Source of the DNA: Treponema sp.
GTDB lineage: Bacteria; Spirochaetota; Spirochaetia; Treponematales; Breznakiellaceae
Direction of reading: 5' to 3'
DNA: 35,532 nt
Assembly: GCA_031258265.1 (NCBI GenBank)
Contig: JAIRNB010000174.1
Coordinates: forward strand, 1-35,532
The number at the start of each line of letters is the position of its first letter. Position 1 is the stretch's first letter. The notes under the pieces were generated by a model. It made no database searches. It saw nothing but the letters and a program-made list of their open reading frames with translations, and was not told the DNA's origin. The translations under genes were made by a program, and so were the position numbers. Below are positions 8,276 to 16,119 of the stretch, piece by piece.

Positions 8276-8878
8276 GTGGCAAAGATAAAGCTCACCAAAA
8301 ACGAGCTAAAAAAACAGAAGGATTCCCTTAAAATGTACCAGCGTTACCTTCCTACCCTGATGCTGAAAAAACAGCAGCTCCAGGCGGAGATCCGTATTAC
8401 CGAGATTCGCCTTAAGGAACTGCGGGAAGAGAAGGAACGGCTGGATGAACTTTTTAAGGCGTGGATCGCCGTTTTTGGGGAAAAGGGGATCTTTACCCCG
8501 GAGATCCTCCGGATCACGGAGATAAAAACCGCCCAGGGTAACATCGCCGGCGTCCCTATCCCCCTTTTCGAGGGGGCCGAATTTGAGATCGCCCCCTATG
8601 ATCTTGCCCGCAGCCCCCTGTGGCTGGACTTCGCCGTGGAAAAATTGAAGCAGGCCTTCCTCATCGATCTTGAAAGCGATGTGGTGGAAGAGCAGCGCCG
8701 CAGGCTGGATCATGAACTGCGGATCACCACTCAGCGGGTGAACCTTTTTGAGAAGGTTAAGATCCCCGAAACCAAGGGGAGTATCAAGAAGATCCAGGTC
8801 TACCTGGGGGATCAGCAGACTTCCGCGGTGGTGCGGGGGAAGATCGCCAAGACCGGATTAGAGAGGGCCGCCCAATGA
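8276..8878 (+). CDS. atpD: V-type ATP synthase subunit D
   Basis: GTG start 4 nt after the atpB stop. N-terminus KLTKNELKKQKDSLKMYQRYLPTL is typical of subunit D. Confidence 0.85.
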   Translation: MAKIKLTKNELKKQKDSLKMYQRYLPTLMLKKQQLQAEIRITEIRLKELREEKERLDELFKAWIAVFGEKGIFTPEILRITEIKTAQGNIAGVPIPLFEGAEFEIAPYDLARSPLWLDFAVEKLKQAFLIDLESDVVEEQRRRLDHELRITTQRVNLFEKVKIPETKGSIKKIQVYLGDQQTSAVVRGKIAKTGLERAAQ

Positions 8879-10812
8879 TTTTGCCCATGAAAAAGGTTTC
8901 CCTGGTGCTTATGGAAAAAACCAGGGAAGATTCCCTAAAAAAGCTCCGGGAGCTGGGGCTTGTTCATCTGGAGCGGAAAAACGTCTCCTCCGAATCCCTT
9001 TCCAGGCTCCTTGACCGGAAGGGCAAGCTCGAAACCGCCCTGGGGCTCCTCCGCCCCTACGAGGCGGAGGCGAAGAAAAACCAAAAAGCGGCCGTCCAGC
9101 CCGCGATTCCCCCGGGGCAGGTTCCCCGGCGGCGGGCCGGCGATTTGCTGCGCCCCGAGGACGCCTTCTATTCCGCCGATGCGGCAAACGATCTCCAGCG
9201 TCCCGACCTTGCGGCCCTGATCCTGGAATACGCCGATGAGCGGAAATCCCTGCAGGACCGGGCGGCCGTCTTATCGAAGGAACGGAGCCGCATAGAGGAC
9301 TGGGGTGATTTTAGGAGCGGGGATTTTGCCTCGCTGGAAGAACGGGGAATTAAGCTTATCCCCTATAAGCTTCCCCCCAAATCCTTTGCCTCCCTCTCCC
9401 GGGATACTTCTTTCTTAAAACTGGGGGAGGATAAGAATTCGGTGTATATTCTGACCCTAGGCGCGGAGATTCCCGGAGAAACCCCCTTTGTCCTGCCGGA
9501 ATTTTCCCTGGGGGAGATTGACGGGCAGTTGGAGAAGATACGGCTGCAAACGGCGGACATTGAAAAACGTTTCCTTTCGCTGGCTAACAGGACGCCGATC
9601 CTGGAAGCCGAAGGAAAGGCCCTGCTTAAACAGATCGAATTTGAAAGCGCCCGCCTGGGCATGGGCAGCCTGGAGGAAGTCCCCCCGGAGCGGAGCGTGG
9701 CGTGGATTACCGGCTTTGTCCCCCAGGAGGACCTGGGGCATCTTAAACGGGCGGCGGCGGAGAATTCCTGGGCCCTGGCGGCGGATGATCCGGGGCCGGA
9801 CGATGCGGTCCCCACCAAGCTCAAGAACAGTAAACTGGCGAGTCTTATCAATCCTTTAACGGAATTCCTGGAAGTGGTACCCGGCTATAACGAGGTGGAT
9901 ATTTCCGGCTGGTTCCTGTTCTTCTTTGTCATTTTCTTCGGGATGATCTTCGGGGATGCCGGTTACGGCTGCCTCCTCTTTGGCATCGGCCTGGTCCTGG
10001 CCCTGAAAACCGCGAAAAAAGGGGTCCCCCAGGCCGTTAAGATGCTGCTCCTCCTCAGCGTCTCCAATATCCTGTGGGGGGTCCTTACCTGTACCTGGTT
10101 CGGTATTGATCCCCTAAAACTCCCGGTCTTTCTGCAGGGCATTGCCCTGCCCCTCATTTCCGGGGCGGTCTCGGCCCAGGGACCGGAATCCAAGGCTATC
10201 GTGGACCAGAATCTTATGATTTTCTGTTTCTCCCTGGCCCTGCTCCAGCTTTCCATCGGCCATATCATCGGGATAGGGCGGAACCTTAAAGCCGGTTCCC
10301 CGCGTTTCCTGGCGGACCTGGGGAACGTGGCCATGCTGGCGGGGATGTACAACGTGGTTCTCTTCCTGGTGGTGAGCAACGACGCACGGCAGATCCCCCT
10401 GCTGCCCCTGGGGGTTTACGCCATTATCGCCGGTTTTGTTCTGAACTTTGTATTCGCCAACTACGAGGGCAGCGTTGGGAAATCCATCGTGGAAAGCCTC
10501 AAGAACATCATTTCCGTGGTCCTGGGAATTACCAACGTGTTTTCCGACATTATGTCCTATATCCGGCTTTGGGCGGTGGGACTGGCGGGGGCCTCAATTT
10601 CCTCCACGGTAAACACCCTGGCGGGCCCCCTCTTGGGAAATTTCCTGGTGTTCCTGGGGATCATCCTCCTGGTTTTCGGCCACGGGCTTAACATCGCGCT
10701 CAACGTGCTTTCGGTGCTGGTCCACGGGGTCCGGCTGAATACCCTGGAGTTCTCCAGCCATGTGGGCCTGGCCTGGTCGGGCACGGCCTACAAGCCCTTT
10801 TCTGACAAGTAG
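8875..10812 (+). CDS. atpI: V-type ATP synthase subunit I (membrane a-subunit)
   Basis: ATGA overlap with atpD. Soluble N-terminal half plus a polytopic C-terminal half with the conserved SYIRLWAVGLAG motif. Confidence 0.85.
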   Translation: MILPMKKVSLVLMEKTREDSLKKLRELGLVHLERKNVSSESLSRLLDRKGKLETALGLLRPYEAEAKKNQKAAVQPAIPPGQVPRRRAGDLLRPEDAFYSADAANDLQRPDLAALILEYADERKSLQDRAAVLSKERSRIEDWGDFRSGDFASLEERGIKLIPYKLPPKSFASLSRDTSFLKLGEDKNSVYILTLGAEIPGETPFVLPEFSLGEIDGQLEKIRLQTADIEKRFLSLANRTPILEAEGKALLKQIEFESARLGMGSLEEVPPERSVAWITGFVPQEDLGHLKRAAAENSWALAADDPGPDDAVPTKLKNSKLASLINPLTEFLEVVPGYNEVDISGWFLFFFVIFFGMIFGDAGYGCLLFGIGLVLALKTAKKGVPQAVKMLLLLSVSNILWGVLTCTWFGIDPLKLPVFLQGIALPLISGAVSAQGPESKAIVDQNLMIFCFSLALLQLSIGHIIGIGRNLKAGSPRFLADLGNVAMLAGMYNVVLFLVVSNDARQIPLLPLGVYAIIAGFVLNFVFANYEGSVGKSIVESLKNIISVVLGITNVFSDIMSYIRLWAVGLAGASISSTVNTLAGPLLGNFLVFLGIILLVFGHGLNIALNVLSVLVHGVRLNTLEFSSHVGLAWSGTAYKPFSDK

Positions 10813-10889
10813 GGGTAATTTTGTTGGCTGCCTGGCCGGTAGCTGCTTGGCCGGTAGCCGGTAGATAGATAAAAGTGAAGTTGCCATGG

Positions 10890-11027
10890 ATCAACAGGTT
10901 GTGTTGATAGCTGGTTGGACACGGGCGGCGATTCCGCCGTCCAAATAGAGGAGTTATCATCAACACGTTGTGTTGATGTCCGGTTGGACACGGGCGGCGA
11001 TTCGGCCGCCCTAATAGAGGAGTTATC
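10890..11027 (+). repeat. Tandem direct duplication (2 x 69 bp) of the atpK leader, including its Shine-Dalgarno
   Basis: Copy 1 is 10890-10958 and copy 2 is 10959-11027; 62 of 69 positions are identical by manual alignment. Each copy holds the palindrome atcaaca(g/c)gttgtgttgat, a GC hairpin, and aatagaggagttatc. Only copy 2 is followed by ATG (11028). Confidence 0.9.
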
Positions 11028-11465
11028 ATGAATTTAGGATTGTTAGGCGCCGGTCTTGTGATGGGTATTGCCGCAGTGGGTTCGGCAATCGGTATCGGTA
11101 TCGCCGGCCAGGCGGTAATCGGCGCATGGAAGAAGTGCTATATCGGCAATAAGCCCGCGCCCATGACCCTGCTTGCCTTCGGCGGCGCGCCCTTAACCCA
11201 GACCTTCTACGGCTTTATCCTGATGATGCAGATGAAGACCGCGGCCCTGGCAAATACGGACAACCAGTGGCTTTATCTGGGTTTCGGCATTGCCTCCGGC
11301 TTTGCCATGGCCTTCTCCGCCATTGCCCAGGGCCAGGCGGGGGCGGCGGGCGCCGACGCCCAGGGTGAAACCGGCAAGGGCTTTACCCAGTACATCGCCA
11401 TCGTCGGTATCTGCGAAACCGTCGCCCTTTTCGCCATGGTCCTCTCGATGATCAGCCTGGCCTAA
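11028..11465 (+). CDS. atpK: V-type ATP synthase subunit K (proteolipid / c subunit)
   Basis: Glycine/alanine-rich hydrophobic hairpins (GIAAVGSAIGIGIAGQA; FSAIAQGQAGAAG). Last gene of the ATPase set. GAGGAG RBS. Confidence 0.85.
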   Translation: MNLGLLGAGLVMGIAAVGSAIGIGIAGQAVIGAWKKCYIGNKPAPMTLLAFGGAPLTQTFYGFILMMQMKTAALANTDNQWLYLGFGIASGFAMAFSAIAQGQAGAAGADAQGETGKGFTQYIAIVGICETVALFAMVLSMISLA

Positions 11466-11494
11466 ACCAAAGAGTTAACATGTAACCGTGAAGC

Positions 11495-12601
11495 ATGTCC
11501 CATAGGACTCAGCTCATAAAAATAGGCGGCTTTGACCACGTTGAAGCCGTCTATATCGGCGGCGGTCGGCCGCCGCTCATCCAGACCATGTGGAAGGACC
11601 GCCTCTCCGCCGCGGACCTTGAAGGGCCCGGGGGGAAGGAGATTCCCGCCCGGATAGGCCGCCTTAAAGCCATGGGCTGCGGCCTCCTCCGTTTCGCCGT
11701 TCCCGATATTGAAGCCGCTGAAGTCCTGGGGGAACTGGCATCCAGGGTAAGTCTCCCCCTGGTGGCGGATATCCACTTTGATTACCGTATCGCCCTCCGC
11801 TGTCTCGATTTTCCCATCGCCAAAATACGCATCAATCCCGGTAATATCGGCGGCCGCGACAGGGTGGAAGCCGTCCTTGATAAGGCGGCGGGGCGGGGCC
11901 GGCCCATCCGCATCGGCGTCAACGCCGGAAGCCTGCCCCAGGATCTGCGGGGAGAGCGGGGAAACGTCAGCCGCCCCGCCGCCCTGGTGGAAGCGGCGGT
12001 CCGGGAGCTGGAGATCTTTCGGGAATTTGGATTCCTTAACGGTATTGTTTCTCTAAAGGCCTCCGGAATATCCGATACTATAAACGCGAACCGTTTGTTT
12101 GCGGAAAGGGAATACTCCCTGGGCGGCGGGGCGGTCCCCCTCCATGTGGGGGTAACAGAAGCGGGGCCCCTGGTAGCGGGAGTCGTGCGGAATACCGCCG
12201 CCCTCCTGGATTTGCTGGCCGCCGGCATCGGCGATACCGTCCGGGTCTCCCTTTCGGACAGCATGGAGAACGAGGTAATCGCCGCCAGGGAGATTCTGGC
12301 CGCCGCGGGAGCCGCCCCCGGTGGCCTTCGGATCGTGTCCTGCCCCCGCTGCGGCAGGAACAGCTTTGACACCCACGGCTTTACGGCGCGCTGGCTGCCC
12401 CGGCTCTACAGCCTTTCCAAGGACGCCACCGTGGCCATTATGGGCTGTGTGGTAAACGGTCCCGGGGAGGCCCGGGAAGCGGATTTGGGGATCACTGGGG
12501 CGGGGGACAGGGTGCTGCTTTTCCGCCACGGCGTTGTTATTCGGACCCTCCGCCCGGACGAAGCGGACGCCGCCTTCGCGGAGGAACTGGAAAAATTGTA
12601 A
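11495..12601 (+). CDS. ispG: 4-hydroxy-3-methylbut-2-en-1-yl diphosphate synthase
   Basis: IspG/GcpE signatures (RINPGNIG, VSCPRCGR, MGCVVNGPGEAREADLGI). Confidence 0.9.
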   Translation: MSHRTQLIKIGGFDHVEAVYIGGGRPPLIQTMWKDRLSAADLEGPGGKEIPARIGRLKAMGCGLLRFAVPDIEAAEVLGELASRVSLPLVADIHFDYRIALRCLDFPIAKIRINPGNIGGRDRVEAVLDKAAGRGRPIRIGVNAGSLPQDLRGERGNVSRPAALVEAAVRELEIFREFGFLNGIVSLKASGISDTINANRLFAEREYSLGGGAVPLHVGVTEAGPLVAGVVRNTAALLDLLAAGIGDTVRVSLSDSMENEVIAAREILAAAGAAPGGLRIVSCPRCGRNSFDTHGFTARWLPRLYSLSKDATVAIMGCVVNGPGEAREADLGITGAGDRVLLFRHGVVIRTLRPDEADAAFAEELEKL

Positions 12602-12604
12602 GGA

Positions 12605-12626
12605 TTTCAAAACTTCAGTTTTGAAA
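12605..12626 (+). terminator. AT-rich hairpin just after the ispG stop (weak candidate terminator)
   Basis: tttcaaaac-ttca-gttttgaaa forms a 9-bp perfect stem. There is no clear U-tract. Confidence 0.3.
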
Positions 12627-12779
12627 GAGCAGCCATTGAAAAAAAAGTTGGGCCGGCCTCAAAACCCGGCCGGTTTTGGGAAAGCCCCGGTTTCCGGTTT
12701 TAAGCGGTCCGCACCGGCCGGCCTTTCCGGCTTGTTTTTGAACCCGAAATTTTCGGGATAGTTTCTGTGAGGTACTAGT

Positions 12780-13274
12780 TTGAAAAGATTTTTGCTGTTG
12801 ATCTGTTTTGCCCTGGTGTTAAGCGGGGCCGTTTTTGCCGATCACCCGGATAACAAGGTGGGGGTGGGCCTCTTTGTGGGCGGCGGCTGGGCCGGTGTCG
12901 GGGGAGGGGTGTTTAACCCCGGCTTTAGTCTAAAGGTCCCCCGGCTGCCGCTTTTTTGGGGCCTCAACGCCTTTTTTGGCAGTATTACCGGCCTTAGCGT
13001 TTCGGCGGATTACTACCTGGTGGACCGGGATCTGGTTAAGGACGGTTCGTTTGATCTGGACTGGTTTCTGGGGATTGGCCTTTTTACCCACCTTTACTTT
13101 GGGAATCATTTTACCATGGCCCTGGGCGCGAGGCTCCCCATCGGCCTTTCCTGGCATATCAACCAGGCTTTTGAACTTTTTCTGGATGTGGCGCCCGGCA
13201 TCGGCCTGAAATTCGATTCCCGGCCTTTTTACGGCGCCCTGGCCGTTGAATTGGGACTTAGGTTCTGGATTTAG
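12780..13274 (+). CDS. Small secreted protein, possibly an outer-membrane beta-barrel
   Basis: TTG start, signal peptide MKRFLLLICFALVLSGAVFA, alternating G/aromatic-rich strands, and an aromatic C-terminus (LRFWI). The fold assignment is inference. Confidence 0.5.
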   Translation: MKRFLLLICFALVLSGAVFADHPDNKVGVGLFVGGGWAGVGGGVFNPGFSLKVPRLPLFWGLNAFFGSITGLSVSADYYLVDRDLVKDGSFDLDWFLGIGLFTHLYFGNHFTMALGARLPIGLSWHINQAFELFLDVAPGIGLKFDSRPFYGALAVELGLRFWI

Positions 13275-13284
13275 GGTTAGGATC

Positions 13285-14436
13285 GTGGGGCTGAACCGGC
13301 GCTTTGCGCCTGTTTTCCTGTTTTTGCTGGTCAGCCTTGCCCAGGCCCGGGCCCAGGAAGAAAGGCCCTGGTGGTATATCCTGGAACGGGGGAAACTCCT
13401 CTTCCGCCAGGGGGATTATGGCAGCGCCCTCCTGGCCTTTGAAGACGCCCGCCGCCAGCGTTACACCCTGTACGCCGGAATGGAAAGGGATTTTATCAAT
13501 TTTCTTTCCACCCCGGAGGTCCGCCGGATAGGGGATTCCCTGGACCTTCTGGAAACCTATATCAAAGACCGGGAACAAATGGCGGCGGCGGAGATCCTCG
13601 CGGAACTGTATTACCGCCTTCCCCGGGAGGCATACCGCAATTCCGCCGCCCTGGCCCTGGAAGAACTGGGAAAATTCAAGGAATACCCCGAGGCGGAGTA
13701 TTGGATAGGGGAGGTCTACCGCCTTGAGGGGGAGCTGAATCTGGCCCTGGGACAGTACAGCAAGGCCCTGGCTGGCGGCGCCCTGCTGGAAGACCCCGCT
13801 TTGGAACTGGAACTCCTCTACAAAACAGCCGATCTTCACCGGATTCGCCAGGAACACAAGCGGATGGAAGAAACCCTGCTCAGAATCGTCAACGGAAACG
13901 ACGCCCGGGGCCGGCCCTGGGACCCCCTGTGGTCGGGAAATGCCGGAAGTTCCGGACAGTTTGTCAGAAATTCCATGGCCCGGACTCTGGAAAACTCAGG
14001 CCCCGCCCGTTTTCTTGTCATGTACCGTTACAACAACGGAGCCGTGGAAAAGGCCCACCGGCTGTTGGGCCTTTATTACTACGCCTCAAGCCGCTACAAC
14101 CTGGCGGAAGAACACCTCATGTTCGCCTTCCTCATCCAAAATTCCATCCTAATCGAAGAACTCCAGCGGCGCCGTTACGATTACATCTTTGAGTCCCTGG
14201 AAACCCTCATGGACAGCATGGATCGCCGGGAGGACCTGGCAAATTATATGACCCAGGTAGACTACTACCGCTGTACCTACTACCTGGGAAGCGCCCTCTA
14301 CGGCATCGGCAAGGGAAGCCCCGCCAGGGAGCTCTGGAGCTTCCTGGGGGGCCGCGAGCAGATTGGAGAATGGCGCGGCAGGGCTTTAACCCAGCTTCAA
14401 CGCCCCTCTCTGGAAGCCCTTATCGAGAATCCTTAG
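13285..14436 (+). CDS. Secreted TPR-like repeat protein
   Basis: GTG at 13285 gives a signal-like N-terminus (LNRRFAPVFLFLLVSLAQARA). Helical repeat content (GDYGSALLAFEDA..., AEYWIGEVYRLEGELNLALGQYSKAL). An alternative ATG lies at 13246. Confidence 0.55.
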   Translation: MGLNRRFAPVFLFLLVSLAQARAQEERPWWYILERGKLLFRQGDYGSALLAFEDARRQRYTLYAGMERDFINFLSTPEVRRIGDSLDLLETYIKDREQMAAAEILAELYYRLPREAYRNSAALALEELGKFKEYPEAEYWIGEVYRLEGELNLALGQYSKALAGGALLEDPALELELLYKTADLHRIRQEHKRMEETLLRIVNGNDARGRPWDPLWSGNAGSSGQFVRNSMARTLENSGPARFLVMYRYNNGAVEKAHRLLGLYYYASSRYNLAEEHLMFAFLIQNSILIEELQRRRYDYIFESLETLMDSMDRREDLANYMTQVDYYRCTYYLGSALYGIGKGSPARELWSFLGGREQIGEWRGRALTQLQRPSLEALIENP

Positions 14437-14553
14437 GGCGCATCCCCGGCTTTACCGGGGACCGGGCTTTTCGGGGCTCCGCTCCGCTCCGGCCTCCTCG
14501 CCCCTCCGGGGCTGCGGTGGCGCGCTTCGCGCCCCCTTCAATCCCTTGCGCGA
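14436..14553 (+). repeat. Repeat module A, copy A3 (begins at the last base of the upstream stop codon)
   Basis: gggcgcatc + ccccggc-ttta-ccgggg hairpin ... ctccggcctcctcg ... gcgcgcttcgcgc hairpin ... atcccttgcgcga. Collinear with the reverse complement of 3561-3691. Confidence 0.8.
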
Positions 14554-14570
14554 TAAAGGCAACCGTAGGT

Positions 14571-14634
14571 TGTATATTAGACCAATGTGGCTACGCATAG
14601 CGCCAATAATTTCCCAGTGTTGGACTAATGCGGC
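14571..14634 (+). repeat. Repeat module B, copy B1
   Basis: tgtatattagaccaatgtggctacgcatagcgcc...ggactaatgcggc. A direct repeat of 14753-14817. A partial inverted copy lies at 3437-3470. Confidence 0.75.
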
Positions 14635-14677
14635 TTAGCTTTAGCTAAGCCAGGGCGCGCGCGGCCCAAACCGCAGG

Positions 14678-14745
14678 TTTGGGCTGGAACAAAAGCTGCA
14701 AAAACGTATGCATTTATCACAGCCGGCATCCTGCCGGCCGAAGGC
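14678..14745 (+). repeat. Repeat module C (68 nt, exact reverse complement of 3469-3536)
   Basis: Manual base-by-base alignment found no mismatch. Confidence 0.9.
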
Positions 14746-14752
14746 CGAAGGC

Positions 14753-14817
14753 TGTATATTAGACCCGTGTGGAACCGCATAGCGCCATTGTATGCCCCCA
14801 ATTTGAACTAATCCGCC
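14753..14817 (+). repeat. Repeat module B, copy B2
   Basis: tgtatattagacccgtgtggaaccgcatagcgcc...tgaactaatccgcc. Confidence 0.75.
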
Positions 14818-14867
14818 TGTCCATCAGCCCCTTCGGGAATTTATTGCGGCTTCGCGCCTGTCCATAA

Positions 14868-14993
14868 GGGGGGGTAGTGGAGTAGACCGGACCGGGTGAA
14901 GCCCGGGAGGACTACGAAACGAGGGGGGGCCGGGATGAATAGCCGCGCCTTGGGGGGCCGGCCCCCGGCTTTCGGAAGCTCTGCGCCCCCCCC
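14868..14993 (+). repeat. Repeat module D, copy D1 (G7 ... C8 capped, ~126 nt)
   Basis: ggggggg-tagtggagtagacc-[ccggg..cccgg hairpin]-aggact..cgagggggggccgggatgaa...ctgcgcccccccc. Collinear with the reverse complement of 27147-27282. Confidence 0.75.
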
Positions 14994-15022
14994 TTAGCTT
15001 GTAATAAAAGGTAAACGCCAGA

Positions 15023-15052
15023 TTGACACAGGGCGCTTTTTTATAGTATTTT
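15023..15052 (+). promoter_or_regulatory. Putative sigma-70 promoter upstream of the small zinc-ribbon ORF and rpsT
   Basis: Consensus TTGACA at 15023-15028, with an AT-rich -10 candidate 15-18 nt downstream (tagtat at 15044-15049 or tatttt at 15047-15052). Confidence 0.45.
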
Positions 15053-15133
15053 AGAGTGACGTGAGGCTGTTTTAAGATACCGGGCTTTGAAACCGGTTTA
15101 AATTTACATGCAAAACGGCAAGGAGACAGGAAA

Positions 15134-15304
15134 ATGGCCCAGGCTAGTAAAAACTCCCGTACATCCAGCGCCACGCAGAAATTCTTTTGTTCCTGCGGGG
15201 GGGAAGTTAAGATGAAGACCCTTTTTGAAAACGGCAAGATAAAAAACATTGCCGAATGTGATAAGTGCAAGAGGGTGGAGCGCCGTCCTTCGGATTTTAA
15301 ATAA
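15134..15304 (+). CDS. Small (56 aa) zinc-ribbon-like protein, not in the supplied ORF track
   Basis: AGGAGA at 15121-15126, 7 nt before the ATG at 15134. Translation: MAQASKNSRTSSATQKFFCSCGGEVKMKTLFENGKIKNIAECDKCKRVERRPSDFK*. Has a CxC...CxxC cysteine pattern and ends at TAA 15302-15304. Confidence 0.5.
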   Translation: MAQASKNSRTSSATQKFFCSCGGEVKMKTLFENGKIKNIAECDKCKRVERRPSDFK

Positions 15305-15362
15305 ACAACGGTTCGGGTAAACGTCCGTTTTGGCGGGCGTCCGTCCCATGGAGGGTTATCTT

Positions 15363-15638
15363 TTGGCAGGTAAGAGCAGTTCCGCGGAAAAGCGTCACCG
15401 GCAGAGTGAAGGCCGCCGGCTTCGGAATAAGTCGGCAAAGAGCGCGGTAAGGACCAGCGTTAAGAAATTTGTCCTTTTGGCCCAGAAAAAAGAGATGGGG
15501 GAGGCCGAAGCGGCTCTTAAGGATATGATCAAGAAGATCGACAGCGCCGCCGGAAAGGGTATTATCAAAAAAAACACCGCAGCCCGCAAAAAATCCCGGA
15601 TGCAGCGGTTTTTCAATTCTATAAAAAACGCCCAATAA
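15363..15638 (+). CDS. rpsT: 30S ribosomal protein S20
   Basis: (M)[30 protein letters not shown]... is typical of S20. TTG at 15363 lies 7 nt after GGAGGG (15350-15355). In-frame ATGs at 15348 and 15330 are alternative starts. Confidence 0.85.
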   Translation: MAGKSSSAEKRHRQSEGRRLRNKSAKSAVRTSVKKFVLLAQKKEMGEAEAALKDMIKKIDSAAGKGIIKKNTAARKKSRMQRFFNSIKNAQ

Positions 15639-15720
15639 TGAATCGCGGGCCGCGCCGCCGCGCCATGTCCCTAAAGACTGAAGCGCCGCGCTGTAAGCGG
15701 ACGGAAAGCAAGATGTTGTG

Positions 15721-16119
15721 ATGGCGGTTTCCAAATATACAAAAGCCGATATCGTTGATCTGGTATGCGAAAAGACCGGTACAACCCGGAAAGAGATACG
15801 GATCGTGGTGGATCTGTTTATCGGGGAGCTTAAAAAAGCTTTGGAGCGGAACCGGGTGATCGAGCTGAGGGGTTTCGGCACCTTTGAGATCAAGACCCGC
15901 AAGGGCCGGCCAAAGGCCCGGAATCCGAAAACCGGGAAATATGTGGAAGTTACTTCTCATAGTATCGCTGTCTTTAGGCCGGGACGGGATTTGAGGAAGG
16001 CCGTTTGGAATTTGACTCCCGCCGGGGCTGTTCCTGCCGGGGAGGGCTTCGATTCCCCGGCCGCCGGGTCCGGTGGAGACGCTGAAAAAATTGCCGGGAA
16101 CGATGAATCCGCCTTTTAA
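15721..16119 (+). CDS. HU/IHF-family DNA-binding protein with a G/A/P-rich C-terminal tail
   Basis: VELRGFGTFEIKTRKGRPKARNPKTGKYVEV is the characteristic beta-arm region. Confidence 0.85.
   Translation: MAVSKYTKADIVDLVCEKTGTTRKEIRIVVDLFIGELKKALERNRVIELRGFGTFEIKTRKGRPKARNPKTGKYVEVTSHSIAVFRPGRDLRKAVWNLTPAGAVPAGEGFDSPAAGSGGDAEKIAGNDESAF

Noticed and set aside
7438-8298. 286-aa minus-strand ORF. Similar long antisense ORFs occur at 20643-21386, 24336-25046, 11782-12372, 5798-6358, 6374-6952 and 32067-32705.
   Set aside because: Each lies entirely antisense to a confidently identified conserved gene (atpB, rho, flaA, ispG, atpA, ftsW). They have G/P/R/H-rich shadow-ORF composition, which is typical in GC-rich DNA.
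10886-10948. 20-codon upstream ORF (MDQQVVLIAGWTRAAIPPSK*) in the first 69-bp unit
   Set aside because: The RBS is weak. The seven differences between the two repeat units are mostly non-synonymous in this frame, so conservation looks nucleotide- or structure-level rather than peptide-level.
10890-11027. Possible CRISPR-like array
   Set aside because: There are only two directly abutting 69-bp units with no spacers, no cas genes, and an SD sequence in each unit. This is a tandem duplication, not a CRISPR.
14868-14993. Module D as a housekeeping structured RNA (SRP RNA, RNase P RNA, tmRNA, 6S)
   Set aside because: It occurs twice in opposite orientations within 13 kb. It lacks the conserved motifs I know for those RNAs, such as the GGAAGCAGCC-type SRP domain IV, the RNase P GAGGAAAGUCC motif, or a tmRNA acceptor end.
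14824-15438. 204-aa minus-strand ORF spanning repeat D1, the promoter, the zinc-ribbon ORF and the start of rpsT
   Set aside because: It crosses repeat modules and an AT-rich promoter and is antisense to two ORFs with good RBSs. It has no RBS and its composition is heterogeneous.
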